64,000 nt of DNA from an uncultured Marinoscillum sp. GTDB lineage: Bacteria > Bacteroidota > Bacteroidia > Cytophagales > MED-G16. The notes under the pieces are model-generated. The model had not been told where the DNA came from and did no database searches. It worked only from the letters and a program-made list of their open reading frames with translations. Below are positions 47,301-56,247 of this stretch, one piece after another (the first letter of the stretch is position 1; every line of letters begins with the position of its first letter). The stretch lies in NCBI GenBank assembly GCA_964553685.1, contig CAZKLB010000002.1:62890-126889 (forward strand). The letters are read 5' to 3'. Both the position numbers and the translations under genes were made by a program.

Positions 47301-49265
47301 TCATTTGTATTTTTCAAACCATGTTAAAATTCTGTCGGATACGTCCTTTAAAAACTTCGGTTCCCTTGGACCGTGAGGTGTTCTAGGGTAAACAATCATC
47401 TCAGTATCAACACCTAATCTGTTTAGTGCTCTATAAAATTCCTGTCCTTGAGTAAAAGGTACTCTCAAATCATTAGCTCCATGAATTATTTGAGTTGGGG
47501 TTTTTGTGTTTTTAATTTGATAAATGGCTGAGTGTTTCTCATATGTTTCGTAATCTTCCCAAAATTCAGATCCCATATGACCAACTAAATAATCCTGTAT
47601 ATCAGTAGTGGTAACCATACTTATTAGGTTAGGAAGACCAGCACCCATACTTGCAGCAATAAATCGATTTGTTTTAGTTACTATAAAACTTGTAAGATAT
47701 CCTCCATAACTCCATCCCATAACAAATTGTTTATTAGGGTCACCTATTCCCATCTGAATTACTTTATCAACTCCAGATACAACATCTTCATAATCTCCGA
47801 ACCCCCAATCCTTGTAATTAGCATATCTAAAGTCTTTACCATATCCTGTGCTACCGCGAGGATTTGGTTTAATTGTGACGTAACCTTTCTCAGAAAAATA
47901 TTCTGTCATGTAGATTCCTGGTCTACCATTAAATCTTTCAGAAAAAACACCTGCTGGACCTCCATGAATTTGCAGTATTATGGGATATTTTGTCCCTTTT
48001 TTGTAATTTTTTGGATAAGTTAAAATTCCCTCAATTTCTAATCCATCAAAAGACTTCCATGAAATTATTTCAGTTTTTGATAGTTTAGGATACTCAAAAT
48101 TATTTATATCACTTAATTTTTCAAAAGATGGTTCCTTTGTATTAGAAATATAGACCTCTACAGGTGAATCTAATTTCTCATAGCAAAAAGCAATATTCTC
48201 CGATAATTTACTTTTAACTACTGATGTGATAACACCTTCATTATAGTTAATAAGTGACCATGAGATATAATTATCTCCGTTGACTGGTAAGAGTAATAGC
48301 TGTGATGTAGTTTTAATATTTTCTGAAATAATTAACATCTTATTATCGGTAGTCCAAGAGACTATTCTTGAGTCTCTATTAGGAGTATTTGATAGTTTAA
48401 CAATTTTATTATCTTTCAAATTATAAATATGGACATCCCTTAGACCAATTGGCTCCTCATTACCTCCTGATGATATAAACGCAAACTTCTTTCCATCTCC
48501 AGAAAAGATAGGATTTGAATCTAAACCTGGTCTAATCACTAAATTTTTTAAATTATCACCATTGGAATCTATAATAGAAATATCAGTATTTATGAATCCT
48601 GTGTTAATATTTGTATCCTCTTGATGTGAAAAAATTATTTTTTTTCCGTCAGGAGAATAGTTATAGTTATTTACTGTAAAACTTCCTTTTGTAATTTGAT
48701 GTACTGTATCCTCTAAAAAGCTATAGGTATAAATATGAGAATATTTAAAATTTTTATCTACCAATATTACATCCGTTTTATCTTCTTTAGACTTAGTTTC
48801 TTCCTCTGTATCATCATCACTTTTCAAAAATGAAATATTTTTTCCATCAGGGGACCACTGAATTGAACTGACGCCTTTCTTTTCTTCTGTAACTTTTCTT
48901 GGTTCTCCACCTAGTGTATTTATTATCCAAATTTGATTTTTTCCAGATCTTGAGGATAAAAACGCTATTTTTTTTCCATCGGGAGAAAATTTTGGAGAGT
49001 TGCTAGATTTAGAATTAAAAGTGTATTGAGTATTTTCTTTTGTATCAACATTTGTCACCCAAATTTGACTTATATACTCCGACTTTTTACGTTCCATAAT
49101 CGCTTCTCTAACGACATATGCAACTCGTTTTCCGTCATTGCTTATATCTGTCTGACTTATTGATTTAATTTTCATGCTCTCATCAGGACTCCAAACATTC
49201 TGAGAGAATACGGAGATAGAAACAAAATATATTGATAAAAAAATTAGTTTAGATTTTAAGTTCAT
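47301..49265 (-). CDS. S9 family serine peptidase with a TolB-like beta-propeller (acylaminoacyl/dipeptidyl peptidase type)
   Basis: Signal peptide, repeated SPDGKK propeller motifs, and a catalytic triad context of MGWSYGGYLT, HGANDLRVP and PRTPHG. Confidence 0.85.
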   Translation of the reverse strand: MNLKSKLIFLSIYFVSISVFSQNVWSPDESMKIKSISQTDISNDGKRVAYVVREAIMERKKSEYISQIWVTNVDTKENTQYTFNSKSSNSPKFSPDGKKIAFLSSRSGKNQIWIINTLGGEPRKVTEEKKGVSSIQWSPDGKNISFLKSDDDTEEETKSKEDKTDVILVDKNFKYSHIYTYSFLEDTVHQITKGSFTVNNYNYSPDGKKIIFSHQEDTNINTGFINTDISIIDSNGDNLKNLVIRPGLDSNPIFSGDGKKFAFISSGGNEEPIGLRDVHIYNLKDNKIVKLSNTPNRDSRIVSWTTDNKMLIISENIKTTSQLLLLPVNGDNYISWSLINYNEGVITSVVKSKLSENIAFCYEKLDSPVEVYISNTKEPSFEKLSDINNFEYPKLSKTEIISWKSFDGLEIEGILTYPKNYKKGTKYPIILQIHGGPAGVFSERFNGRPGIYMTEYFSEKGYVTIKPNPRGSTGYGKDFRYANYKDWGFGDYEDVVSGVDKVIQMGIGDPNKQFVMGWSYGGYLTSFIVTKTNRFIAASMGAGLPNLISMVTTTDIQDYLVGHMGSEFWEDYETYEKHSAIYQIKNTKTPTQIIHGANDLRVPFTQGQEFYRALNRLGVDTEMIVYPRTPHGPREPKFLKDVSDRILTWFEKYK

Positions 49266-49330
49266 TGTTGATAATTTTTATTGAATTAAAAATTAATTTA
49301 TTTAATTTAAAAAAAAATAAATCAATTGAT

Positions 49331-50563
49331 ATGAAAAAAATTATACTTTTTATCTCTCTCATTGTTGTTAGTTGTAATACTAACGTTGAAGAGGAAAATC
49401 CAATTAAAAAATTTCAAAGGGATCTTGTTGAAAGAGGCATCACTGGTTCAAATGTTGCTATGGTATATAAAAATGGAGAAATTATATATAATGAGATAGT
49501 AAATTCAGGAGCTGTTGGAGATTCAGATATAAATCAGAATACAATTTTTGCAATACACTCAATGTCTAAAACAGTTACAACAGTTGCAATGATGATTTTA
49601 CATGAAAGAAATCTATTTGAGTTAGATGATAATCTATCAAAATACTTGCCTGAATATGAAAATATTCAATGTAAAGGGTCTGAGGGTATTTACCCGTGTA
49701 ACAATAAAATTAAAGTTGTTGATTTATTAACCCACCGATCTGGATACACGTACTACGCAAAAAGTGGTTTAAATTGGTTAACTACAACACATACAGACCT
49801 CTATCCGGATTATATTAATACCTCAAGATTTAACAACTTAGATGATTTTTCTAAGGCTGTTGCAAAACAACCACTTGATTTTGAGCCTGGAACAATGTAT
49901 TCTTATGGTCTTAACCAAGCTATTTTAGGTAGGTTGGTTGAAGTCTTATCTGGGCAAACTTTCTACGGGTTTCTCAAAGAAAATATTTTTGACAAACTTG
50001 GAATGGATGATACAAAATTTCATTTAACAAATGAAGATAGATTAAGGTTTCAGCCTTTAAGAGTAAATATCAAATCAAAATCTGCATTTAATCAGACAGA
50101 TTACAACTTGAGTGGATTTACTGCTGCCCTGGATGGGTATTCATATGATGAAAAAAATAAAGCTCATTTTGGAGGGGAGGGTCTTGTTTCGACAATGAGT
50201 GACTTTTCTAAATTTTGTGAGATGCTTGTCAATGGAGGAATTTACAATAATGAGAGAATAATTACTGAGGAGAGTATTGATATTATGACAGATAAATATA
50301 CTAATGGTTATCCTGACCCTAATGAACCAAATGTTTTCCCAGATTACATAGGAAATTATTTTGGGTTTACATTTGTTGTATCTGAAGATCCTGAGAAAGA
50401 TGGATCTGGGGCAGGAAAAGGAACATATGGTTGGTCAGGTTATCATAATACTCACTTTTGGATTGACCCGCAAAATAATACTTACGGTTTATTTATGTCA
50501 AGATCAATTGAATTTGATTTTTCAATTAAGAAAAACTTTAAAAAGGCGGTTTATTTACAATAA
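49331..50563 (+). CDS. Beta-lactamase-fold serine hydrolase (class C-related), lipoprotein
   Basis: The preferred start is MKKIILFISLIVVSC at 49331, since the ORF-track start at 49265 abuts the divergent gene. SxxK as IHSMSKTVT. Confidence 0.7.
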   Translation: MKKIILFISLIVVSCNTNVEEENPIKKFQRDLVERGITGSNVAMVYKNGEIIYNEIVNSGAVGDSDINQNTIFAIHSMSKTVTTVAMMILHERNLFELDDNLSKYLPEYENIQCKGSEGIYPCNNKIKVVDLLTHRSGYTYYAKSGLNWLTTTHTDLYPDYINTSRFNNLDDFSKAVAKQPLDFEPGTMYSYGLNQAILGRLVEVLSGQTFYGFLKENIFDKLGMDDTKFHLTNEDRLRFQPLRVNIKSKSAFNQTDYNLSGFTAALDGYSYDEKNKAHFGGEGLVSTMSDFSKFCEMLVNGGIYNNERIITEESIDIMTDKYTNGYPDPNEPNVFPDYIGNYFGFTFVVSEDPEKDGSGAGKGTYGWSGYHNTHFWIDPQNNTYGLFMSRSIEFDFSIKKNFKKAVYLQ

Positions 50564-50572
50564 GAATTTATA

Positions 50573-52267
50573 ATGATTAAAAATATATTGATATTTTTTT
50601 TTACTTTTCTTACAGTAATATCATTTATTACTGAGAGTGAATCTTCGGTTGATTCTTCAAAGTTTAAAGAACTTGTCGAACAATTTAATAATAAAACTAA
50701 TGATCAAACTTTTAACCCAGATAGATCTGGTGAAACTTATATTTTTAAAAAGCTTGAAGAGACAAAGAAAGAGCTTGAAAGTTTAAGATCAATCGATATA
50801 AATAAATTATCTGATAAGGATCAAATTGATTATAAATTTATCGAAAGCATATTAGTTGGTAAAGAGATAGAATACGAGGAAATCCAATCTTGGAAAATGG
50901 ATCCCAGAGATTATATGAATTTTAGACAGATATCAAATAAAATTTATAGTACTAAATCATATGAAGAAATACTCGAGTATTTATTAAAATATTTACCTGT
51001 AGTTTTAAATGACTTAAAGTTTGCAATGCAACAAATTGATACCTATGTCCCTAGATTTCAAGAACTAGGATTGTTCATGGCAGAAAATTCAATTCCAATT
51101 TTTCGTTTAACTGTAAGTGAAATAACTTATGCTTATCAAGAGATGAATGATTGGGAAGAAGATGTTAGGATTAATAAAATTGATAAACTTAATACTGAGA
51201 TTAGAAATCAGTTAGAGTTATTTATTGATTTTTTGAAATATGACCTCCCAAAGAAAAATAAATCATCATTTTCAATTGGAAAAGAAACGTATAATAAAAT
51301 GCTTAAAAATCAGTTTCTTCTGAATTATGATGATGAGACATTATGGGAGTTTGGCTGGAAAGAGTTTAATAATACCCTTAATAAAATGGATGCATTAGCT
51401 AAAGAAATTGATCCCAACAAGTCAACAAAAGAATTACTGATTGATATAAAAAATGAATATCCTGACCCAGATAAAATGATTGAAGCTCATCAGTACTGGG
51501 TTGATAAGTCAGGAGAACATATCAAATCTAAAAAATTAATCCCAATACCTTGGAAGGAGAGAGTTCGTGTCGTTCCAAGAGAGGAATATCTTAGAAAAAC
51601 ATCATATTACGGTAATTTTTCAAGGTCTACAGGAAAAGATGAGGAGGGTTTCTTTACCTCCAAATGGAAAATAAACCCTTTCGAGGAAAGATGGGATCAA
51701 AAGACTAAAGATGAATACTTGGTTGAACACGATTGGGGAGTAATTATAGTAACTGCTCCGCATGAAACATATGCAGGTCATCACATTCAAGGTTTATATC
51801 AGATGCATAATCCTAGAGAACTTAGAAGGAATAATGGACTATCATTATTCAGTGAAGGATGGGGACTTTACAATGAGCAGCTAATGTTAGAGACAGGCTT
51901 TTATCCAGATAAAAAAATTAAACTTAGACAACTCCAGCTTAGATTATGGCGAAATGCTAGAGTTATATATGATGTTGGTATGCATACTGGTAAAATGACT
52001 TATGAAGAAGCTATTAAACTAATGACGGATAAAGTTGGTTTCTTGAGATGGGCAGCACAACTAGAAATAGATTCATCATCATCAAGACCTGGATATTTTA
52101 TAGGTTATTTTATGGGTATGATTGAAATATTGAAGATGAGAGAAGAGTATAGGAAGCTTATGGGTAACAATTATAAAATCTCAGATTTCCATGAGAAACT
52201 TTTAAAAATTGGAAATATGCCACCCTCACTAATGAAGCAAGAATTATTTAATAATAATGGACAATAA
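50573..52267 (+). CDS. DUF885 family protein (HExxH-like metalloprotein)
   Basis: Signal/anchor, with TAPHETYAGHHIQ matching the DUF885 signature as recalled. Confidence 0.65.
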   Translation: MIKNILIFFFTFLTVISFITESESSVDSSKFKELVEQFNNKTNDQTFNPDRSGETYIFKKLEETKKELESLRSIDINKLSDKDQIDYKFIESILVGKEIEYEEIQSWKMDPRDYMNFRQISNKIYSTKSYEEILEYLLKYLPVVLNDLKFAMQQIDTYVPRFQELGLFMAENSIPIFRLTVSEITYAYQEMNDWEEDVRINKIDKLNTEIRNQLELFIDFLKYDLPKKNKSSFSIGKETYNKMLKNQFLLNYDDETLWEFGWKEFNNTLNKMDALAKEIDPNKSTKELLIDIKNEYPDPDKMIEAHQYWVDKSGEHIKSKKLIPIPWKERVRVVPREEYLRKTSYYGNFSRSTGKDEEGFFTSKWKINPFEERWDQKTKDEYLVEHDWGVIIVTAPHETYAGHHIQGLYQMHNPRELRRNNGLSLFSEGWGLYNEQLMLETGFYPDKKIKLRQLQLRLWRNARVIYDVGMHTGKMTYEEAIKLMTDKVGFLRWAAQLEIDSSSSRPGYFIGYFMGMIEILKMREEYRKLMGNNYKISDFHEKLLKIGNMPPSLMKQELFNNNGQ

Positions 52268-53051
52268 GAAAAGGTTACTCATTAAGTATTCACTTGAATT
52301 TATTGTAATCGTGGTTGGTATATCTTTTACCTTTTGGATCGATGAGTGGAATAGGAATCGACTTGAAAAAATTCAACATATAAAAGATATAGAGTCAATT
52401 ATAGATGATTTAGAAAATGATTCACTTATTATTGGAAAGGTAAATGTTTCACTGGATACAGGAAGAATTAGGTCAAAAAGATTAATTGATTTAATTGAGT
52501 TAAGATCAGATAAAAAGATTACTTACAAAAAATTTTATGAGGGGATAATAAATGTTGGTTACGTTTGGACATATCAAACTTTCTTCATGACAGATGCAAC
52601 TTATAAATCCTTAATTTCTAATGGTAGGATTAATCTTTTCCCCCAAAAAATTCATAGTCTCATGAATAAATATTACGAGGCGACTGCTAAAAGAATTAGT
52701 GATCATAATAAAATTGTTGATGATATAGCAATTAAATACTATGGTTCATACCATCCTTTTGTCACGCTTTTTAGTTATGAAAATTTTAATAATAACATAG
52801 TTCAAGACGTTAGGCTAGGTGTTAGAGGAGGAGGGTTAAGTTTTGATAATTTATCAGAAAAAAAGTTTAAAAAATTTTTTGAAAATCCAGATATGAAAAA
52901 GCTTTATTCAAGTATTCATTTCTATTCAAATTCAATAAATCTAAGTAATAGAGTTGGTAACTATACCAGGAGAATTGTTGAATTAGATAGTGAGAGGGGA
53001 GAACTTTCAAAGTCAATACATCAATATCTTAATTTTTTGGTTAATGATTAA
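52257..53051 (+). CDS. Single-pass membrane protein of unknown function
   Basis: The N-terminal anchor LIKYSLEFIVIVVGISFTFWIDEWN resembles a flavobacterial DUF family (uncertain). Overlaps the upstream gene by 11 nt. Confidence 0.4.
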   Translation: MDNKKRLLIKYSLEFIVIVVGISFTFWIDEWNRNRLEKIQHIKDIESIIDDLENDSLIIGKVNVSLDTGRIRSKRLIDLIELRSDKKITYKKFYEGIINVGYVWTYQTFFMTDATYKSLISNGRINLFPQKIHSLMNKYYEATAKRISDHNKIVDDIAIKYYGSYHPFVTLFSYENFNNNIVQDVRLGVRGGGLSFDNLSEKKFKKFFENPDMKKLYSSIHFYSNSINLSNRVGNYTRRIVELDSERGELSKSIHQYLNFLVND

Positions 53052-53086
53052 GATTTGATAAATTTATTTCAATATAAACTTATACT

Positions 53087-53551
53087 ATGAAAAAAATACT
53101 ATATATATTTTTACCATTACTGATGTTTTCATGTTCTAAAGTGGATGAAAATAAAGCAGATAAAAAGATTATTAAAGACTCTGATTCTGATGATATAACT
53201 TTTATTATTGACTTAAAAGTAAACCCAAATTCTAGTGAAAACCTGGATGTATTTGTAAAAGAAATCACACAAAATGTAATTAATACTGAGGATTTTTGTC
53301 TTGAGTACGGATACTATCTTTCCGAAGACGGTATTTCTGTTACTTTATATGAAAAATATATTGATAGTGAATCTGCTGTAAAACATGGGCAAAACTTTAT
53401 GGAGGGTCCTTTTTTTGATAGATTTTTTAATCTTTTTACACTTGAAAAATTTATTGTAACAGGTCCTGCCTCAGATGAATTTAAAAACTTCACACGAGAA
53501 AATGGTTTTGTAATAGAATATAGAAATTCTGTTGATGGTTTTATTAGATAG
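53087..53551 (+). CDS. Small lipoprotein, possibly ABM/ferredoxin-like fold
   Basis: Lipobox LLMFSC. The fold guess is weak. Confidence 0.35.
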   Translation: MKKILYIFLPLLMFSCSKVDENKADKKIIKDSDSDDITFIIDLKVNPNSSENLDVFVKEITQNVINTEDFCLEYGYYLSEDGISVTLYEKYIDSESAVKHGQNFMEGPFFDRFFNLFTLEKFIVTGPASDEFKNFTRENGFVIEYRNSVDGFIR

Positions 53552-53555
53552 TATT

Positions 53556-55574
53556 ATGAAAAATAACATTCTTTTAATTATAGTTTTTTTATTTTCAAAT
53601 AATCTTTTCTCTCAAAATACCTTTGAAAATCTTGACGTCTTTAATTTACAATATGTTCAAGATCCCCAGATAAGTCCTGATGGTTCAAAAATAGTCTATG
53701 TTAGAACGAAGATGGATATCATGAAGGACGGTAGGTCCTCATCTCTTTGGATTATAAACACGGATGGTTCTAATAATCAAAAACTAACCTCTAATGATAA
53801 TAATGAGAGAACACCAAGGTGGAGCCCAGATGGGAGTAAAATTGCATTCGTCTCTAGCTCCGAGGATGCTAACGGTTCTGAAATATATGTTTACTGGTTA
53901 AATAACAATCAGTATTCTGTTATATCACAACTTGATAATTCTCCAAGAGGTTTAAGTTGGTCCCCTGACGGAAATTATATTGCATTTTCAATGTTTGTTC
54001 CTGATCGAGTTTTAACATTAGTTAGACCTCCAGCTAAACCTAAAAACGCAAAATGGGCAAAAAAAGCAAGGATTACGGATAGAGTTAAACATGAAGCAGA
54101 TGGATCGGGATATATGGAAAAAGGATTTTCACATTTATTTTATATAAATGCGAATGGAGGAGTTCCAAAACAAGTAACAAAAGAAAGCTATAATCATTAT
54201 TCTTTTGATTGGACTAAAGATAATAATAGTCTGATTTTCACTTCAAATTATAATGAAGATTGGGAATATGATTTTAGAAATTCTGAAATATATTCAATAT
54301 CGACAGATGGTTTGAGTTTTTCTCAACTCACTGATAGAAACGGTCCAGACAGAAACCCTATAGTGTCAAATGATGGAACAAAGATAGCTTATATTGGTTT
54401 TGATGATAAGGTTCAAACCCATCAGGTTTCTAGATTATATCTTATGAATATTGATGGTTCAGATAAAAAAGAAATAGTAACTAATTTAGATAGGAGCATA
54501 TCATCAATAAAGTGGGCTGGAGATGATTCTGGAATATACTTTTCTTACGATAACTATGGAAATACAAAAGTCGCATTTGTTTCACTTTCTGGCAGAGTTG
54601 AGACTCTAGCTAACAATTTAGGTGGAACCTCAATAGGTAGGCCTTATGGGGGTGGATCTTTTTCTATATCCAAATCAAAAAGTTTTTCTTACACTATAAC
54701 CTCTCCATATCATCCAGCTGATATTGCTTATTATGATGGAAAAAAAGTTAAACGACTAACAAATTTAAATAAAGATCTTCTAGACATTAAAGATCTAGGA
54801 TCAATAGAAGAAATATGGTATAAATCAACTATTGATGGAAGAAAAATACAGGGATGGATAGCAAAACCACCAGGATTTAAAGAAAATATGAAATATCCAC
54901 TTATTGTTGAAAATCATGGAGGACCAATAAGTAATTATGGAGATAGATTTTCTCCAGAAATTTTGCTTTACTCATCGGCTGGTTATGTAGTGTTTTACCC
55001 TAATCCAAGAGGCAGTACTAGTTATGGAGAAGAATTTGGAAATTTGCTTTATAGAAATTACCCGGGAGATGATTATCATGACGTTATGGATGGTGTTGAT
55101 GAAGTTTTAAGTTTGGGATATGTTGATGAAAATAAGTTATTTGTAACAGGCGGTAGTGCCGGTGGTATTATGACTGCTTGGATAATTGGAAAAACAAATA
55201 GATTTAAAGCTTCAGCTGTTATTAAACCAGTAATGAATTGGATATCAAAAACACTTGTTGCCGATAACTATTTTGGATATGCTCATTCAAGGTATGAGGG
55301 TCAGCCATGGGAAAACCCTGAGCACTATTGGAGTTTTTCTCCAATTTCATTAGTAGGTAATGTAGAGACACCAACCATGGTTATGGTTGGCACCAATGAC
55401 TTGAGAACACCCCCTTCAGAAGCTAAACAACTTTATCATGCTTTGAAACTGCGAAAAATTGAAACAGTTTATGTTGAAATTCCAGGAGCTTATCATAATA
55501 TTTCAAATAGACCAAGTCAACTTATTTCAAAAATTGATCACATACTATACTGGTTTAATAAATACTTAGATTGA
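53556..55574 (+). CDS. S9 family serine peptidase with a TolB-like beta-propeller
   Basis: The preferred start is MKNNILLIIVF. Repeated SPDGS propeller motifs and a triad context of TGGSAGGIMT, GTNDLRTP and GAYHNIS. Confidence 0.85.
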   Translation: MKNNILLIIVFLFSNNLFSQNTFENLDVFNLQYVQDPQISPDGSKIVYVRTKMDIMKDGRSSSLWIINTDGSNNQKLTSNDNNERTPRWSPDGSKIAFVSSSEDANGSEIYVYWLNNNQYSVISQLDNSPRGLSWSPDGNYIAFSMFVPDRVLTLVRPPAKPKNAKWAKKARITDRVKHEADGSGYMEKGFSHLFYINANGGVPKQVTKESYNHYSFDWTKDNNSLIFTSNYNEDWEYDFRNSEIYSISTDGLSFSQLTDRNGPDRNPIVSNDGTKIAYIGFDDKVQTHQVSRLYLMNIDGSDKKEIVTNLDRSISSIKWAGDDSGIYFSYDNYGNTKVAFVSLSGRVETLANNLGGTSIGRPYGGGSFSISKSKSFSYTITSPYHPADIAYYDGKKVKRLTNLNKDLLDIKDLGSIEEIWYKSTIDGRKIQGWIAKPPGFKENMKYPLIVENHGGPISNYGDRFSPEILLYSSAGYVVFYPNPRGSTSYGEEFGNLLYRNYPGDDYHDVMDGVDEVLSLGYVDENKLFVTGGSAGGIMTAWIIGKTNRFKASAVIKPVMNWISKTLVADNYFGYAHSRYEGQPWENPEHYWSFSPISLVGNVETPTMVMVGTNDLRTPPSEAKQLYHALKLRKIETVYVEIPGAYHNISNRPSQLISKIDHILYWFNKYLD

Positions 55575-55619
55575 TATTTAACAGTTTTTTAAATATATTT
55601 TGATTTAAATTTAAAATAT

Positions 55620-56150
55620 ATGAGAAAATTAATATTAATACTTATTACTTCATTTTGCTTTGCATGTACAAATAACCAGGGAGTTATGGTAACATTTGAT
55701 GATGAAAAGTCAAATTTAATCAGAGCTCATTATCAAAATTATCTTAGTAATGATATCGAAGGTTTAAAGTCTTTGTGGTCACCTGATTTAAAAATTTATA
55801 TGAATAATGTTGAATCTGCAGGTGTAGATGACATTGTATCATTAATAACAGCCCAACATGAAAATTTTAGTGACATATCTATGAGTTTTCAAGATGATGA
55901 AGGTGGTGAGGATTTAGGAATTTGGGTTCAAACTATAACATATCCAGCAAATAATGGATATCCTGAGACAACCATGACACAAACATGGTTTACATGGAAT
56001 GCTACAGGAAAAACAAGTGGCAATAATCTACAAGTACCAGCACATATTGGTTTCCAATGGGGTGATGGTAGGATTGTTAAAGAATGGCATAATTTTGATC
56101 CAAGTTCGATGATGGCTGAACTTGAGTTAGCTTCAGCACAGTCTGAATAA
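55620..56150 (+). CDS. Small lipoprotein, NTF2/SnoaL-like (weak)
   Basis: Lipobox SFCFAC and an IRAHYQNYLSNDIEGLKSLWSPDL pattern. Confidence 0.35.
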   Translation: MRKLILILITSFCFACTNNQGVMVTFDDEKSNLIRAHYQNYLSNDIEGLKSLWSPDLKIYMNNVESAGVDDIVSLITAQHENFSDISMSFQDDEGGEDLGIWVQTITYPANNGYPETTMTQTWFTWNATGKTSGNNLQVPAHIGFQWGDGRIVKEWHNFDPSSMMAELELASAQSE

Positions 56151-56170
56151 TAAGTAAGTTTTAAAAATCA

Positions 56171-56195
56171 AAAACCCTGCATGTCAGGGTTTTTT
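56171..56195 (+). terminator. Rho-independent terminator
   Basis: AAAACCCTG-CATGT-CAGGGTTTTTT hairpin with a T-run, 21 nt after the stop at 56150. Confidence 0.75.
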
Positions 56196-56247
56196 GTTAT
56201 TAAATATTATTATTATTTTTTAGATGTTAATTTTTATTAGTGCATAA

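Noticed and set aside
49265-49330. The ORF-track start of the serine hydrolase at 49265 (MLIIFIELKINLFNLKKNKSID).
   Set aside because: It would begin at the very base where the divergent S9 peptidase starts, and it precedes a canonical lipoprotein signal that begins at the Met at 49331. The 65-bp stretch is more plausibly the shared promoter region.
50361-50573. A 70-aa ORF overlapping the 3' end of the serine hydrolase in another frame.
   Set aside because: It lies fully inside a motif-supported gene and has no start context of its own or any recognisable features.
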